Shown one piece after another: positions 1 through 9,197 of a DNA stretch of 51,742 bases. The position numbers were made by a program, and so were the translations under genes. Positions within the stretch are counted from its first letter, which is position 1; each line of letters begins with the position of its first letter. The notes beneath the pieces are model-generated. The model worked only from the letters and a program-made list of their open reading frames with translations, was not told where the DNA came from and did no database searches. The stretch comes from Armatimonadota bacterium (GTDB lineage Bacteria > Armatimonadota > SYMT01). Where the stretch lies: assembly GCA_046292385.1 (NCBI GenBank), contig JBKBRF010000047.1, forward strand, positions 1 through 51,742, written 5' to 3'.

Positions 1-229
1 CGGAACGGAGCCGGCGGCGAAGAACCCGTGATGTCTTCGGCGCCGTCGGCTCCGTGGGGCTACGTACGGGAGCTACCCTCGAACTTTCCGCTTGACGCGA
101 AGCATAGAATCTCCAAAAACCGCCCCGGTGACAGCCTCCGCCTCCCGAGACCATGACGCCATATCGTTATCCGAGCCGTGCGGGGGTTCAAAACTTTAGG
201 CCCCCGTTCGGGGGGTGAACCTTTACCCT

Positions 230-1018
230 TCAGCCTTTCAAGAGTGCCACGAGCGGTACCCCCTCTGTCGGGTGCTGCAGGACCTGGGCGCGGCAGCCGA
301 AGGCGGTTTCCAGCAGGTCCGGGCGGAGGACCTCGTGCGGCGAGCCGTCGGCGAGGATGCGGCCTTCGTGCAGGAGCAGGAGGCGGTCGAACCAGAGGGC
401 GGCGAGGTTGACATCGTGGATTGCGGCGAGGACCGTAAGCCCGCGCTCCCGGTTCAGGCTGCGGACCAGCCGCAGCAGGTCGAGCTGGTGGCGGAGGTCG
501 AGGTGGGCGGTCGCCTCGTCCAGGAGCAGCAGCTGCGGCTCCTGCGCCAGCGCCTGGGCGAGGGCGGCGCGCTGGCGCTCCCCGCCGGAGATCTCCCCCA
601 CCAGCCGGTCCGCCAGCGCTTCCACCCCCGCCGCCTGCAGCGCCTGCGCCACCACCTCCCGGTCCGCGTCCCGCTCGCCGCGCCAGGGGGAGAGGTACGG
701 CGTGCGGCCGAGAGAGACCCACTCCCGGACGGTGAACGAGAACGGGACCGCCGCCGACTGCGGCACCAGCGCCACCTGCCGGGCGCGCTCCCGGGCGGAG
801 ATCTCCGTGAGCGGCCGGCCGTCGAGGCGAATGGCTCCGGCGGAGGGCGCTCGCACGCCGGAGACGAGGCTCAGCAGCGTGCTCTTCCCCGCTCCGTTGC
901 GCCCCAGCAGCGCCGCCATCTCTCCCGGCTCCAGCCGCAGCGACAGCTCTCGCAGCACCGGGGCGTCCCCGTACGCGAATCCAACGCCCTCCAGTTCCAG
1001 CGAGACTCCGCTCACCAC
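230..1018 (-). CDS. ABC transporter ATP-binding protein, cobalamin/Fe-siderophore type (BtuD/FepC-like)
   Basis: Walker A GRNGAGKST, signature ISGGERQR, Walker B LLLLDEAT, H-loop AIHD; last gene of the riboswitch-led operon. Confidence 0.93.
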   Translation of the reverse strand: MVSGVSLELEGVGFAYGDAPVLRELSLRLEPGEMAALLGRNGAGKSTLLSLVSGVRAPSAGAIRLDGRPLTEISARERARQVALVPQSAAVPFSFTVREWVSLGRTPYLSPWRGERDADREVVAQALQAAGVEALADRLVGEISGGERQRAALAQALAQEPQLLLLDEATAHLDLRHQLDLLRLVRSLNRERGLTVLAAIHDVNLAALWFDRLLLLHEGRILADGSPHEVLRPDLLETAFGCRAQVLQHPTEGVPLVALLKG

Positions 1019-2061
1019 TGGTACTCCTTCTTGGTGCGGCGCAGGAGCCAGAGGAAGAACGGACCGCCCAGGAACGCGGTGAGGATGCCGACCGGGATCT
1101 CGGTCGGCGGGCGGACGGAGCGGGCGGCGAGATCGGCCAGCACCATGAACGCCGCGCCGCCGAGGGCCGCGGCCGGAAGCAGGCGGCGGTGGTCCGGGCC
1201 GCAGAGCAGGCGCAGCACGTGCGGGACGAGGAGCCCGACGAAGCCGATCAGCCCTCCGAGCGTGACCGCGGCGGCGGTGAGGAGCGACCCGAGCGCCAGT
1301 ACCACGCGTTTGTCCCGCTCTACGTCGATCCCCAGCCGGGCGGCCCCGTCCTCCCCCAGGCTGAAGGCGTTGAGGGTCCGCGCCATTCCGATCCCGCCTA
1401 GGATGCCGCCGAGCACGAGCGCGCCGAGGAGCGCGAGCTGCGGCCAGCCGCTGACGGAGATGCCGCCGAGCATCCAGCCGTAGACGCGCGGCAGCTGAAG
1501 CTGGAGGCGGTCGTCCAGGACCAGCAGGAGCGGGACGGTGTAGCCGAGCATCGTGCTCAGGGCGAAGCCGGTCAGCAGCACCGTCACCACCGGAAGGCGG
1601 CCGCCGATGCTCGCCACCTGCACCACCACCAGCATCGCCGCCAGCGCCCCGACGAACGCCGCGGCCGGCACGATCCCCAACCCGAGGACGCTCGCCTGTC
1701 CCCCGAGCAGCATCCCGAGCACCGCCCCGAGGGCGGCCCCGCCGGAGGTGCCGACCACGTACGGATCGGCAAGCGGGTTGCGCAGAAGCCCCTGGAAGAG
1801 CGCGCCCGCCGTGGCCAGCGCCGCGCCGACGATCGCCGCGCCGACCACCCGCGGGAGCCGCAGCGTGAAGAGGATCGCCTCCTCCTCCGGAGCCCAGCCG
1901 CCGCCGCCCAGCCCGAGCCGCGCCAGCACCATCGCGAGCACCCGCCCCGGCGGAATGGCGACCTGACCGTACGCCGCCGCAGCCGCGATCGCCGCCAGCA
2001 GGAGCGCCAGCAGCCCCAGCAGCACCAGGGAGATCGGGAGCCGGCGAAGCAGTCGCGGCAT
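1012..2061 (-). CDS. FecCD/BtuC-family ABC permease
   Basis: Motifs LRLPR, FQGLLRNPLADP, GLIGFVGLLVPH, EIPVGILTAFLGGPFF. Start reassigned to ATG at 2061 (MPRLLRR), which overlaps the upstream stop as TGATG. Confidence 0.92.
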   Translation of the reverse strand: MPRLLRRLPISLVLLGLLALLLAAIAAAAAYGQVAIPPGRVLAMVLARLGLGGGGWAPEEEAILFTLRLPRVVGAAIVGAALATAGALFQGLLRNPLADPYVVGTSGGAALGAVLGMLLGGQASVLGLGIVPAAAFVGALAAMLVVVQVASIGGRLPVVTVLLTGFALSTMLGYTVPLLLVLDDRLQLQLPRVYGWMLGGISVSGWPQLALLGALVLGGILGGIGMARTLNAFSLGEDGAARLGIDVERDKRVVLALGSLLTAAAVTLGGLIGFVGLLVPHVLRLLCGPDHRRLLPAAALGGAAFMVLADLAARSVRPPTEIPVGILTAFLGGPFFLWLLRRTKKEYQW

Positions 2062-3014
2062 CAGCGCGCCGCCTCTCGGAAGCGCTCCGGGTGCAGGCGG
2101 CGCGCGATCTCCTCCAGCCCCTCGATCAGGCGGGGACCGGGACGCGTGATCCGGTCGCTGTCGATCCCGAAGACCCGCCCTTCCCGCACGGCGGAAATCC
2201 GGCCCCAACCCGGACGCTGCCGGACCAGCTCCGGGCTCTGGGGGAGTACGGGCGAACGGGTATCGCCGAGCAGGATCACCTCCGGGCTGCGGGCGATCAC
2301 CTGCTCCGCGCTCACCTGTCCGGACGGGCCGCGGAGGTCCTCGAAGACGTTCCGGCCGCCCGCGTGAGGGATGAGCTGGCCATAGAAGCCGCCGCTTCCC
2401 GCCACGTAGGGGCGGGCCGGATCGCTGGCGTCGAGCTCGAACATCACCGTACGCGGCGTCACGCCCTGCAGGGAGCGCTCCACCCGGGTCACGCGCCGGC
2501 GGATGTCGTCCACGATCTCCTGCGCCCGCTGCTCTCGCTCGGTGATCCGCCCCAGGAGCAGGATGCGGTCCCAGGCGGCGTCGAGCGTCTCCGGAAAGAT
2601 CTTGAGCACTCGCAGGCCGGCCGCCTCCATCTGCGAGATCTCTTCGTCCTCCTGCGTCAGGATCAGTACCAGGTCCGGCCGCAGCGCCACCAGCTCCTCC
2701 AGCGGTACCCGCGGAAAGCACCGCAGACGTGCCAGGTGCTTCGCTTCCGGAGGGTAGTCGGAATAGCTGTCGGCCGCCACCACCCGCTCCCCCGCTCCCA
2801 GGGCGAAGAGCGTCTCCGTGTGCGCCGCGGCGAGCGAGACGATCCGCCGCGGGGGCGCCGGAATCGCCACCTGGCGTTTCTCGTCATCGGTCACGGTGAG
2901 CGGAAACGTCTCCGAGGGCGACGGCGGGGTCGGCTCCACGGTGGGCCGGCCCCCGCAGCCGCCAAGCAGGAGGAGGGAGACGAGCAGCAGCGCTCGCGAG
3001 GCGCGCTCAAGCAT
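2061..3014 (-). CDS. Cobalamin-type ABC substrate-binding lipoprotein (BtuF-like)
   Basis: Lipobox LLLGGC; motifs FPLTVTDD, PRRIVSL, TETLFALG, RPGPRLIEGLE. Confidence 0.9.
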   Translation of the reverse strand: MLERASRALLLVSLLLLGGCGGRPTVEPTPPSPSETFPLTVTDDEKRQVAIPAPPRRIVSLAAAHTETLFALGAGERVVAADSYSDYPPEAKHLARLRCFPRVPLEELVALRPDLVLILTQEDEEISQMEAAGLRVLKIFPETLDAAWDRILLLGRITEREQRAQEIVDDIRRRVTRVERSLQGVTPRTVMFELDASDPARPYVAGSGGFYGQLIPHAGGRNVFEDLRGPSGQVSAEQVIARSPEVILLGDTRSPVLPQSPELVRQRPGWGRISAVREGRVFGIDSDRITRPGPRLIEGLEEIARRLHPERFREAAR

Positions 3015-3960
3015 GGGGGAGCGCCTCCGGGTGCGCCAGCGCGGCGAGCTGCTCCAGACCGTCGATCAGCCGCGGCGAGGGACGGCAGAAGAGTCCCTCT
3101 TCCATCACGTGGATCCGTCCGGTTCGCACGGCGGTGATTTCCTGCCAACCGGGACGCCGGCGGACCACCTCCGGCCGGACCTTCTCGGTCGCAACCCCGG
3201 TCCACGCCAGCAGGATCAGCTCCGGGTTGGTCCGGACGATCTCCTCCGGCTCGGGACGCGCGGCGGCGGCGTCGACATGCCGGGTCACGCTGGCGCACCC
3301 CGCCAGCTCGGAGAGGGGCGTCAGCCAGTTCCGTCCGCCGGGAGAAAACAGGGGCTTTGGCCACCACTCCCAGTAGACCCTCGGCCGTCTCCGCGCCCGC
3401 GCGACCGCCGCACGGACCCGCTGGATCCGCTCCTGGAGGCCGGCGATCACCGCCTCGGCACGCTCCGCAGTGCCGGTCGCGCGGCCCACGGTCCGGATGC
3501 TCTCCCAGATCTCGCCCAGGCTGTGCCCGTCCAGCACGAGATGGGGCAGCCCGCGGCGGCGCAGCCCCTCCACGTTGCGCTCCATTCCGGGAACGGAGAG
3601 CGAGGCGATCACCAGGTCCGGGCGCAGCGCTTCCACCCGGTCCAGGTCGACTCCCAGGTCCGGCCCCACGCACGGCTTCTCCGCCACCTGCGGCGGCCAG
3701 TCGCTCCAGTCGTCTACCCCCACCACGCGGTCGAGCAGTCCCAGCGCGTGCAGGATCTCCGTATTGCTGGGACAGAGCGAGACGATCCGCCGCGGTACTC
3801 GCGCCGGGATGACGGCCGGAGCGGGTGCCGGCCCGCAGCCGTCGTAGGGGCAGTTGCGGCAGCCGTTCCCGCAGCAGTAGCCGCGGTGCAGCAGGTACTC
3901 CCGGGAGAGCGCGCCGTCCGCGTCGAAGAGCGGGACCTCGGGGGGCAGGCAGAGAGTCAT
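3007..3960 (-). CDS. Second BtuF-like cobalamin-binding protein with N-terminal Cys-rich (DUF5522-like) motif and no signal peptide
   Basis: ATG at 3960 (MTLCLPP); RGYCCGNGCRNCPY, then PRRIVSLCPSNTEIL...RPSPRLIDGLEQL. Confidence 0.85.
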   Translation of the reverse strand: MTLCLPPEVPLFDADGALSREYLLHRGYCCGNGCRNCPYDGCGPAPAPAVIPARVPRRIVSLCPSNTEILHALGLLDRVVGVDDWSDWPPQVAEKPCVGPDLGVDLDRVEALRPDLVIASLSVPGMERNVEGLRRRGLPHLVLDGHSLGEIWESIRTVGRATGTAERAEAVIAGLQERIQRVRAAVARARRRPRVYWEWWPKPLFSPGGRNWLTPLSELAGCASVTRHVDAAAARPEPEEIVRTNPELILLAWTGVATEKVRPEVVRRRPGWQEITAVRTGRIHVMEEGLFCRPSPRLIDGLEQLAALAHPEALPHA

Positions 3961-3968
3961 CGGAGCGG

Positions 3969-4322
3969 CTACTCGCAGTGGAAGACGATCTTCCGGAGGG
4001 TGAAGTCGTCGCAGACCCCGAAGCCGTGGAACGGCGAGACGTGAATCGCCACCCGGTGAATGCCCGCGTCCAGAACCGGCAGCACCGTGAACTCCGCCTC
4101 GCTGGCGGTGAGCCGGCCGAGCAGCGTGTGGTCCAGGTAGACCGGGTGCGCCGCGATCTCCTTGTGCAGCTCCGCGCCGAGGATCTCCACCCCCTGGCAG
4201 GAGATTCGCAGGCGCCGGTCCCCCAGCGCGCACTGCTCCACCCGGAAGTCCTGTGCAAAGACCATCGTCGCGTCCTTGCTGTCGCCCAGCCGCAGCTCCC
4301 CTTCGAACACCGTCACTTCCAT
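3969..4322 (-). CDS. Hypothetical 117-aa protein, first gene downstream of the B12 riboswitch
   Basis: GGAGGG RBS before ATG at 4322 (MEVTVFEGEL); normal globular composition; 8 nt from the next gene. Confidence 0.7.
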   Translation of the reverse strand: MEVTVFEGELRLGDSKDATMVFAQDFRVEQCALGDRRLRISCQGVEILGAELHKEIAAHPVYLDHTLLGRLTASEAEFTVLPVLDAGIHRVAIHVSPFHGFGVCDDFTLRKIVFHCE

Positions 4323-4362
4323 CTTGCCCTCCGCCCCATCCACACGTCCGCGCGCCGGCCAG

Positions 4363-4397
4363 AAACCCAAAACGCCTCTCACCAGGGGCGAGAGGCG
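4363..4397 (-). terminator. Putative intrinsic terminator in the riboswitch expression platform
   Basis: Minus strand reads CGCCTCTC-loop-GAGAGGCG followed by TTTTGGGTTT, between the aptamer and the first ATG. Confidence 0.55.
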
Positions 4398-4528
4398 GGA
4401 AACGGCCGGCGCACCGGAGCCGCGGATCCCACCGGCGGAGCGGGCGTGCCGCGGAGGCCGGAGGAGCAGGGCCGGGTGCGCGCGTGTCCGTCCGGCCCCT
4501 TTGTCCGAAGGGGGAGTCGGCCGAAGCT

Positions 4529-4691
4529 CCCGAAGTGCAGGTCTCCTGGCTCCCGGATCCTCGCTCTCCGCGCCTTCTCCTCTCGGATGGCTGCTGCGGA
4601 TCACTTCCCGGTTACAGTGGCGGCACCGCGCCGGCTTTCCACCGGCTTCCCTATTCTTCCCGGCTCCTTACGAGCCGGGACACACTTCAGG
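4529..4691 (-). promoter_or_regulatory. Cobalamin (B12) riboswitch
   Basis: Minus strand has AATAGGGAAGCCGGTG..., GCCGCCACTGTAA, B12-box GAGCCAGGAGACCTGC and closing P1 CCTGAAGTG/CACTTCGGG; lies upstream of btuF/C/D-like genes. Confidence 0.93.
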
Positions 4692-4859
4692 CCACGCGAA
4701 CGATGCAGTTTTCAATGACGAACTGAGTCTATCAGCGTCCGGGGAGCCTGTGTCTCTCCCGGCAGCGGGGTGCGCCCGAAGGGATGCACCCGCCCGACGG
4801 GGAACCGTCCCCAGTGCGGAGCACAGGCGCCCGCTATCTCGATTTGCGTGGGAGCAGGA

Positions 4860-5543
4860 ATGGAACCGATCGTCCAGGTATCGCTCGATCTGATGACCAT
4901 CGAAGACGCCATGCCGGTGGCGGAGACCGCGGTCCGCGCCGGGGTGGACTGGCTGGAGGCGGGCACGCCGCTGATCCTGGGTGAGGGCCTCCACGCCGTG
5001 CGCGCGCTCCGCCAGGCGTTCCCGAACCACCCGATCGTGGCCGACCTCAAGACGATGGACGCCGGCTACCTGGAGGCCGAGATGATGTTCAAGGCGGGCG
5101 CGACCCACGTGGTGGTGATGGGAGTCGCCCACCCGGCCACGATCGCCAACGCGGTGCGGGCCGCGAGGGAGTACGGCGGCAAGGTGATGGGCGACATCAT
5201 GGTCCACCCGGACAAGCCGGCCTGCGCGCGGATGATGGAAGAGCTGGGGGTCGACTACATCATCGTCCACACCGGGCTCGACGAGCGGAACGCGGAGAAG
5301 GGCAAGCACCCGTTCGACGACCTCTCCGCCGTGGTGGAAGCGGTTTCGATTCCGGTACAGGCGGTGGGCGGCCTCACGCTGGAGCAGGCGGTCCAGTGCC
5401 CGAAGATGGGCGCGCCTCTGGTCGTGATCGGCGCCCCGCTGGTGGTGGAGAACGAAGAGTTCAAGCCGAGCGCCACCGACACCCGCCTTTACGACCTGCT
5501 GAAGCGGATCGTCACCGAAGTGAAGGGCGCCGCCGGAAAGTAA
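4860..5543 (+). CDS. 3-hexulose-6-phosphate synthase / OMP-decarboxylase (HUMPS) family protein
   Basis: Motifs QVSLD, WLEAGTPLI, IVADLKTMDAG, HTGLD, AVGG; ATG at 4860 after GGAGCAGGA. Confidence 0.85.
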   Translation: MEPIVQVSLDLMTIEDAMPVAETAVRAGVDWLEAGTPLILGEGLHAVRALRQAFPNHPIVADLKTMDAGYLEAEMMFKAGATHVVVMGVAHPATIANAVRAAREYGGKVMGDIMVHPDKPACARMMEELGVDYIIVHTGLDERNAEKGKHPFDDLSAVVEAVSIPVQAVGGLTLEQAVQCPKMGAPLVVIGAPLVVENEEFKPSATDTRLYDLLKRIVTEVKGAAGK

Positions 5544-5649
5544 GAACTGTGAAACTCCGGGGCAAGCACCTGCGTATTGCACTCCGGAGGCAAGCACGCG
5601 CACCGGCGGGCATCCTGAAACCGGCGTGCGGGTACTGGTTGGCCAAGCC

Positions 5650-5751
5650 GTGCCGGAGAATTGTGGGTCGCCAGCGAGCAAGAGCAAGAGCAGGTCCTAC
5701 CGGACACGGAGGGTTCGGACTTTTGCCTTCAGCCTTCTGCCTTTAGCCTTT
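5650..5751. repeat. Dispersed composite repeat module, copy 1
   Basis: GTGCCGGA..GGTCGCCAGCGAGCA..(GAGCAR)n..ACGGAGGGTTCGG followed by four TTNNGCC heptamers; the same scaffold occurs at 22550-22658. Confidence 0.75.
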
Positions 5752-5896
5752 AAAGGCCTTTTGCCTTATCCGGTGGTGTCACACGAACGCAAGCAACCCC
5801 GCCGCTCGTGGTGCATCACAGCGGAGTAAGAGTGCCCGCTCGTCGCGGTGGGCCGACTTCTTCCCCTTTTGACCTCAGGCCGGAGAACTGCCAGGG

Positions 5897-8800
5897 ATGA
5901 GTACGCTGCGCAATCAGTCTCGAAGCCGCCAGGCAGCCGGGATCGTATCGGCCTTGCTGCTTCCGCTGGCCGTCGCCCTCTGGTCGGAGGCGGCGCCGGC
6001 GGCGAAGGCATCGGCCGCGAAGAAACCGGCGACCAGCACTCGCAAACCGGCGGCCAACGCGAAGGCAGCTCCGAAAGCCGCTGCGGCGGCGCTGCCGGCG
6101 GAGGTCCGGTACAACCGCGACGTGCGGCCGATCCTCGCCGACAACTGCTTTGCCTGCCACGGGCCCGACTCCGCCGCCCGCAAGGCGAACCTGCGCCTCG
6201 ATACCTTCGCGGACGCCACGCAGGCCCGCAATGGGCGTGCCGCGGTGGTGCCGAAGAACCCGGCGAAGAGCGAGCTGGTGAAGCGGATCCTGGGCGACGG
6301 TCCGCTGATGCCGCCCGCCAGCAGCCACAAGAAGCTGACGAAAGCGCAGATCGAGATCCTGAAGCGCTGGGTGGCCCAGGGCGCGGAGTACGAGAAGCAC
6401 TGGTCCTACATCCCGCCGCGGCGCTCGGCCCTGCCGAAGGTGAAGAACGCGGCGTGGGTGCGCAACCCGATCGACCGCTTCGTCCTGGCGCGCCTGGAGG
6501 CCGCGGGTCTCTCCCCCGCGCCGGAGGCTGACCGCCCCGCGCTGATCCGCCGGCTCTCGCTCGACCTCACCGGGCTGCCGCCGAAGCCGGAAGAGGTGGA
6601 GGCGTTCGTGAAGGACAGGTCGCCCGACGCCTACGAGAAGCTGGTCGACCGGCTCCTCGCCTCCCCGCACTGGGGCGAGCACCGAGGCCGCTACTGGCTG
6701 GACGGCGCCCGCTACGCGGACACGCACGGGATCCACTTCGACAACTTCCGCGAGGTCTGGTCGTACCGCGACTGGGTGATCCAGGCGTTCAACCAGAACC
6801 TGCCGTTCGACCAGTTCACGATCGAGCAGCTCGCCGGCGACCTCCTGCCGAAGCCGTCGCTGGACCAGCTCGTGGCGACCGGCTTCAACCGGTGCAACAT
6901 CACCACCAACGAAGGCGGCGTCATCCCGGAGGAGTACGCGGTCCTCTACACCCGCGACCGCACGGAGACGGTGGCGCAGGTCTGGATGGGCCAGACCGCC
7001 GGCTGCGCGGTCTGCCACGACCACAAGTTCGACCCGCTCTCCCAGCGCGAGTTCTACGAGCTGGCGGCGTTCTTCAACAACAGCACGCAGAACCCGATGG
7101 ACGGCAACATCAAAGACACGCCGCCGATCGTCAATGTGCCGCTGCGGGAAGACCGGTCGCGCTTCGAGGCGCTGCAGGGCGAGCTGGAGACCGGACGCAA
7201 GCAGGCGGAGGCGCGGAAGCAGGCCGCCCGCGCTGACTTCGACGCCTGGCTGGCCCGCGGCGCCTCCGACGAGGTGAAGAAGACGGTTCCCGGGGAGAAG
7301 CTCGCCTTCCACGCCCCGCTCTCGCAGGCGCAGGGGGACGGGCTGGCGGCGACCGCCAACGGGCAGCCGGTCACGCTGAAAGCGGCGGCGGCTCCGGCCT
7401 GGACCGCGGGTCACGTCTCAGAGAAGGCGTTCCAGCGCCCGGCGGGCGGCGCGATCGAGGCGCCGGAGGCGGGCGACTTCGAGAAGGACCGGCCCTTCAC
7501 CGCCGCGGCGTGGGTGAAGATCGTAAACGGCCAGGGCGGCTCGATCCTCGCCCGGATGGACGATCAGAACGACTTCCGCGGCTGGGACCTCTGGCTGGAG
7601 GGCGGCCGGATTGGCACGCACCTGGTCAACAAGTGGCCGGAGGATGCGCTGAAGGTGGTCGCCCGGGAGCCGCTGCAAGCGGGACGCTGGCACCACGTGG
7701 CGCTCGTCTACAACGGCACGCCGAACCCCGGCGGGATCCGGATCTACGTCGACGGCGTGGCGAAGGAGCACGACACCCAGGCCAACGCGCTGAAGAGCAC
7801 GATCCGCACTACCGTGCCGCTCAAGATCGGACAGCGGCACACCACCGCCGGCGTCGACGGCGCCGGGATCGAGGACGTGCGCCTCTACGACGCCGCTCTC
7901 GATGCCGACGCGATCCAGCGCCTGGCGAAGGGCACCCGCGCGGCTTACCTCGCTTCGCGCGGGGTGGACAAGCTCCAGCCGGCGGAGAAGGACGAGCTGT
8001 TCGGCTGGTGGCTCCCCGGGGTGGACGAGCAGTTCCGCACCCTCGCGGTGCGGCTGGCGTCGCTGGAGAGCGAAGAGCGCGCGATCCGCTTCCGCGGCAC
8101 CATCGCCCACGTAATGCAGGAGCGCTCCGAGCCGGCGAAGGCGTTCATCCTCTTCCGCGGCGACTACGACAAGCGGCGCGACGAGGTGAAGCCGGGCACG
8201 CCGGCGGTCCTCCCGCCGATGCCGGCCGACTTCCCCCGGAACCGCCTCGGCTTCGCGAAGTGGCTCCTGCTGCCGGAGCACCCGCTCACCACCCGCGTGA
8301 CGGTAAACCGCTTCTGGCAGGAGCTGTTCGGCACCGGCCTGGTGAGCACTCCCGGCGACTTCGGGATCACCGGCCAGCTTCCGAGCCACCCGGAGCTGCT
8401 CGACTGGCTCGCCGTCGACTTCCGCGAGGGCGGCTGGGACATGAAGCGGCTGTTCAAGCTGATCGTCACCTCCGCCACCTACCGGCAGTCGTCGATCATC
8501 TCCCCGGAGAAGGCGAAGAAGGACCCGGAGAACCGGCTCCTCTCCCGCGGCCCGCGCTACCGCCTCGACGCGGAGGTGATCCGCGACTACGCGCTGGCGG
8601 CGAGCGGCCTGCTGGTGCCGAAGCTCGGCGGTCCGAGCGTGAAGCCGTACCAGCCGGATGGCGTGTGGGAAGCGGTCGCGATGATCGGCAGCAACACCCG
8701 CGACTACCGGCGCGACAGCGGCGAGAGCCTCTACCGGCGCAGCATGTATACCTTCTGGAAGCGCAGCGCCCCGCCGGCGAGCATGGACGTGCTGAACGCC

Positions 8801-9187
8801 CCGAGCCGCGAGTTCTGCGTGGTGAAGCGCGAGCGGACCAACACCCCGCTCCAGGCGCTGGTGACGCTGAACGACGTCCAGTATGTCGAAGCGGCCCGCC
8901 ACCTGGCGCAGCAGGCGCTGAAGGAAGGGGGCCCGTCCGCGGACAGCCGGATCCAGCACGTCGCCCGCCGCCTCCTCGCCCGCTCCTTCCGGCCGGAAGA
9001 GATGCAGGTAGTCCGGCAGAGCCTGGCGGAGCTGGAAGGCTTCTATCGCGGCCACGGCAAGGAAGCGCGCGAGCTGATCGCCGTCGGCGAGTCGAAGGCG
9101 GATCCCACCGTCCAGCCGGAGCGGCTGGCGGCGTGGACGATGCTCGTCAATCAGTTGATGAACCTCGATGAGGTACTGAACAAGTAG
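5897..9187 (+). CDS. PSD1/planctomycete cytochrome c protein (DUF1549+DUF1553) with LamG-like insert
   Basis: Signal-like N-terminus; [30 protein letters not shown]; LamG-like GRWHHVALVY..IYVDG; PSHPELLDWLA; TPLQAL. Confidence 0.92.
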   Translation: MSTLRNQSRSRQAAGIVSALLLPLAVALWSEAAPAAKASAAKKPATSTRKPAANAKAAPKAAAAALPAEVRYNRDVRPILADNCFACHGPDSAARKANLRLDTFADATQARNGRAAVVPKNPAKSELVKRILGDGPLMPPASSHKKLTKAQIEILKRWVAQGAEYEKHWSYIPPRRSALPKVKNAAWVRNPIDRFVLARLEAAGLSPAPEADRPALIRRLSLDLTGLPPKPEEVEAFVKDRSPDAYEKLVDRLLASPHWGEHRGRYWLDGARYADTHGIHFDNFREVWSYRDWVIQAFNQNLPFDQFTIEQLAGDLLPKPSLDQLVATGFNRCNITTNEGGVIPEEYAVLYTRDRTETVAQVWMGQTAGCAVCHDHKFDPLSQREFYELAAFFNNSTQNPMDGNIKDTPPIVNVPLREDRSRFEALQGELETGRKQAEARKQAARADFDAWLARGASDEVKKTVPGEKLAFHAPLSQAQGDGLAATANGQPVTLKAAAAPAWTAGHVSEKAFQRPAGGAIEAPEAGDFEKDRPFTAAAWVKIVNGQGGSILARMDDQNDFRGWDLWLEGGRIGTHLVNKWPEDALKVVAREPLQAGRWHHVALVYNGTPNPGGIRIYVDGVAKEHDTQANALKSTIRTTVPLKIGQRHTTAGVDGAGIEDVRLYDAALDADAIQRLAKGTRAAYLASRGVDKLQPAEKDELFGWWLPGVDEQFRTLAVRLASLESEERAIRFRGTIAHVMQERSEPAKAFILFRGDYDKRRDEVKPGTPAVLPPMPADFPRNRLGFAKWLLLPEHPLTTRVTVNRFWQELFGTGLVSTPGDFGITGQLPSHPELLDWLAVDFREGGWDMKRLFKLIVTSATYRQSSIISPEKAKKDPENRLLSRGPRYRLDAEVIRDYALAASGLLVPKLGGPSVKPYQPDGVWEAVAMIGSNTRDYRRDSGESLYRRSMYTFWKRSAPPASMDVLNAPSREFCVVKRERTNTPLQALVTLNDVQYVEAARHLAQQALKEGGPSADSRIQHVARRLLARSFRPEEMQVVRQSLAELEGFYRGHGKEARELIAVGESKADPTVQPERLAAWTMLVNQLMNLDEVLNK

Positions 9188-9197
9188 CTGAACTGAG

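Noticed and set aside
140..225. GGGTTCAAAAC resembling a 6S RNA motif
   Set aside because: I could not build the long closing stem and central bubble; the motif alone is insufficient.
2062..2721. N-terminal extension making the permease 569 aa
   Set aside because: Overlaps btuF in another frame and is low-complexity; the real start is the TGATG-coupled ATG at 2061.
5554..5597. Short direct repeat ACTCCGG(A)GGCAAGCAC x2
   Set aside because: Only two short copies; no supportable function.
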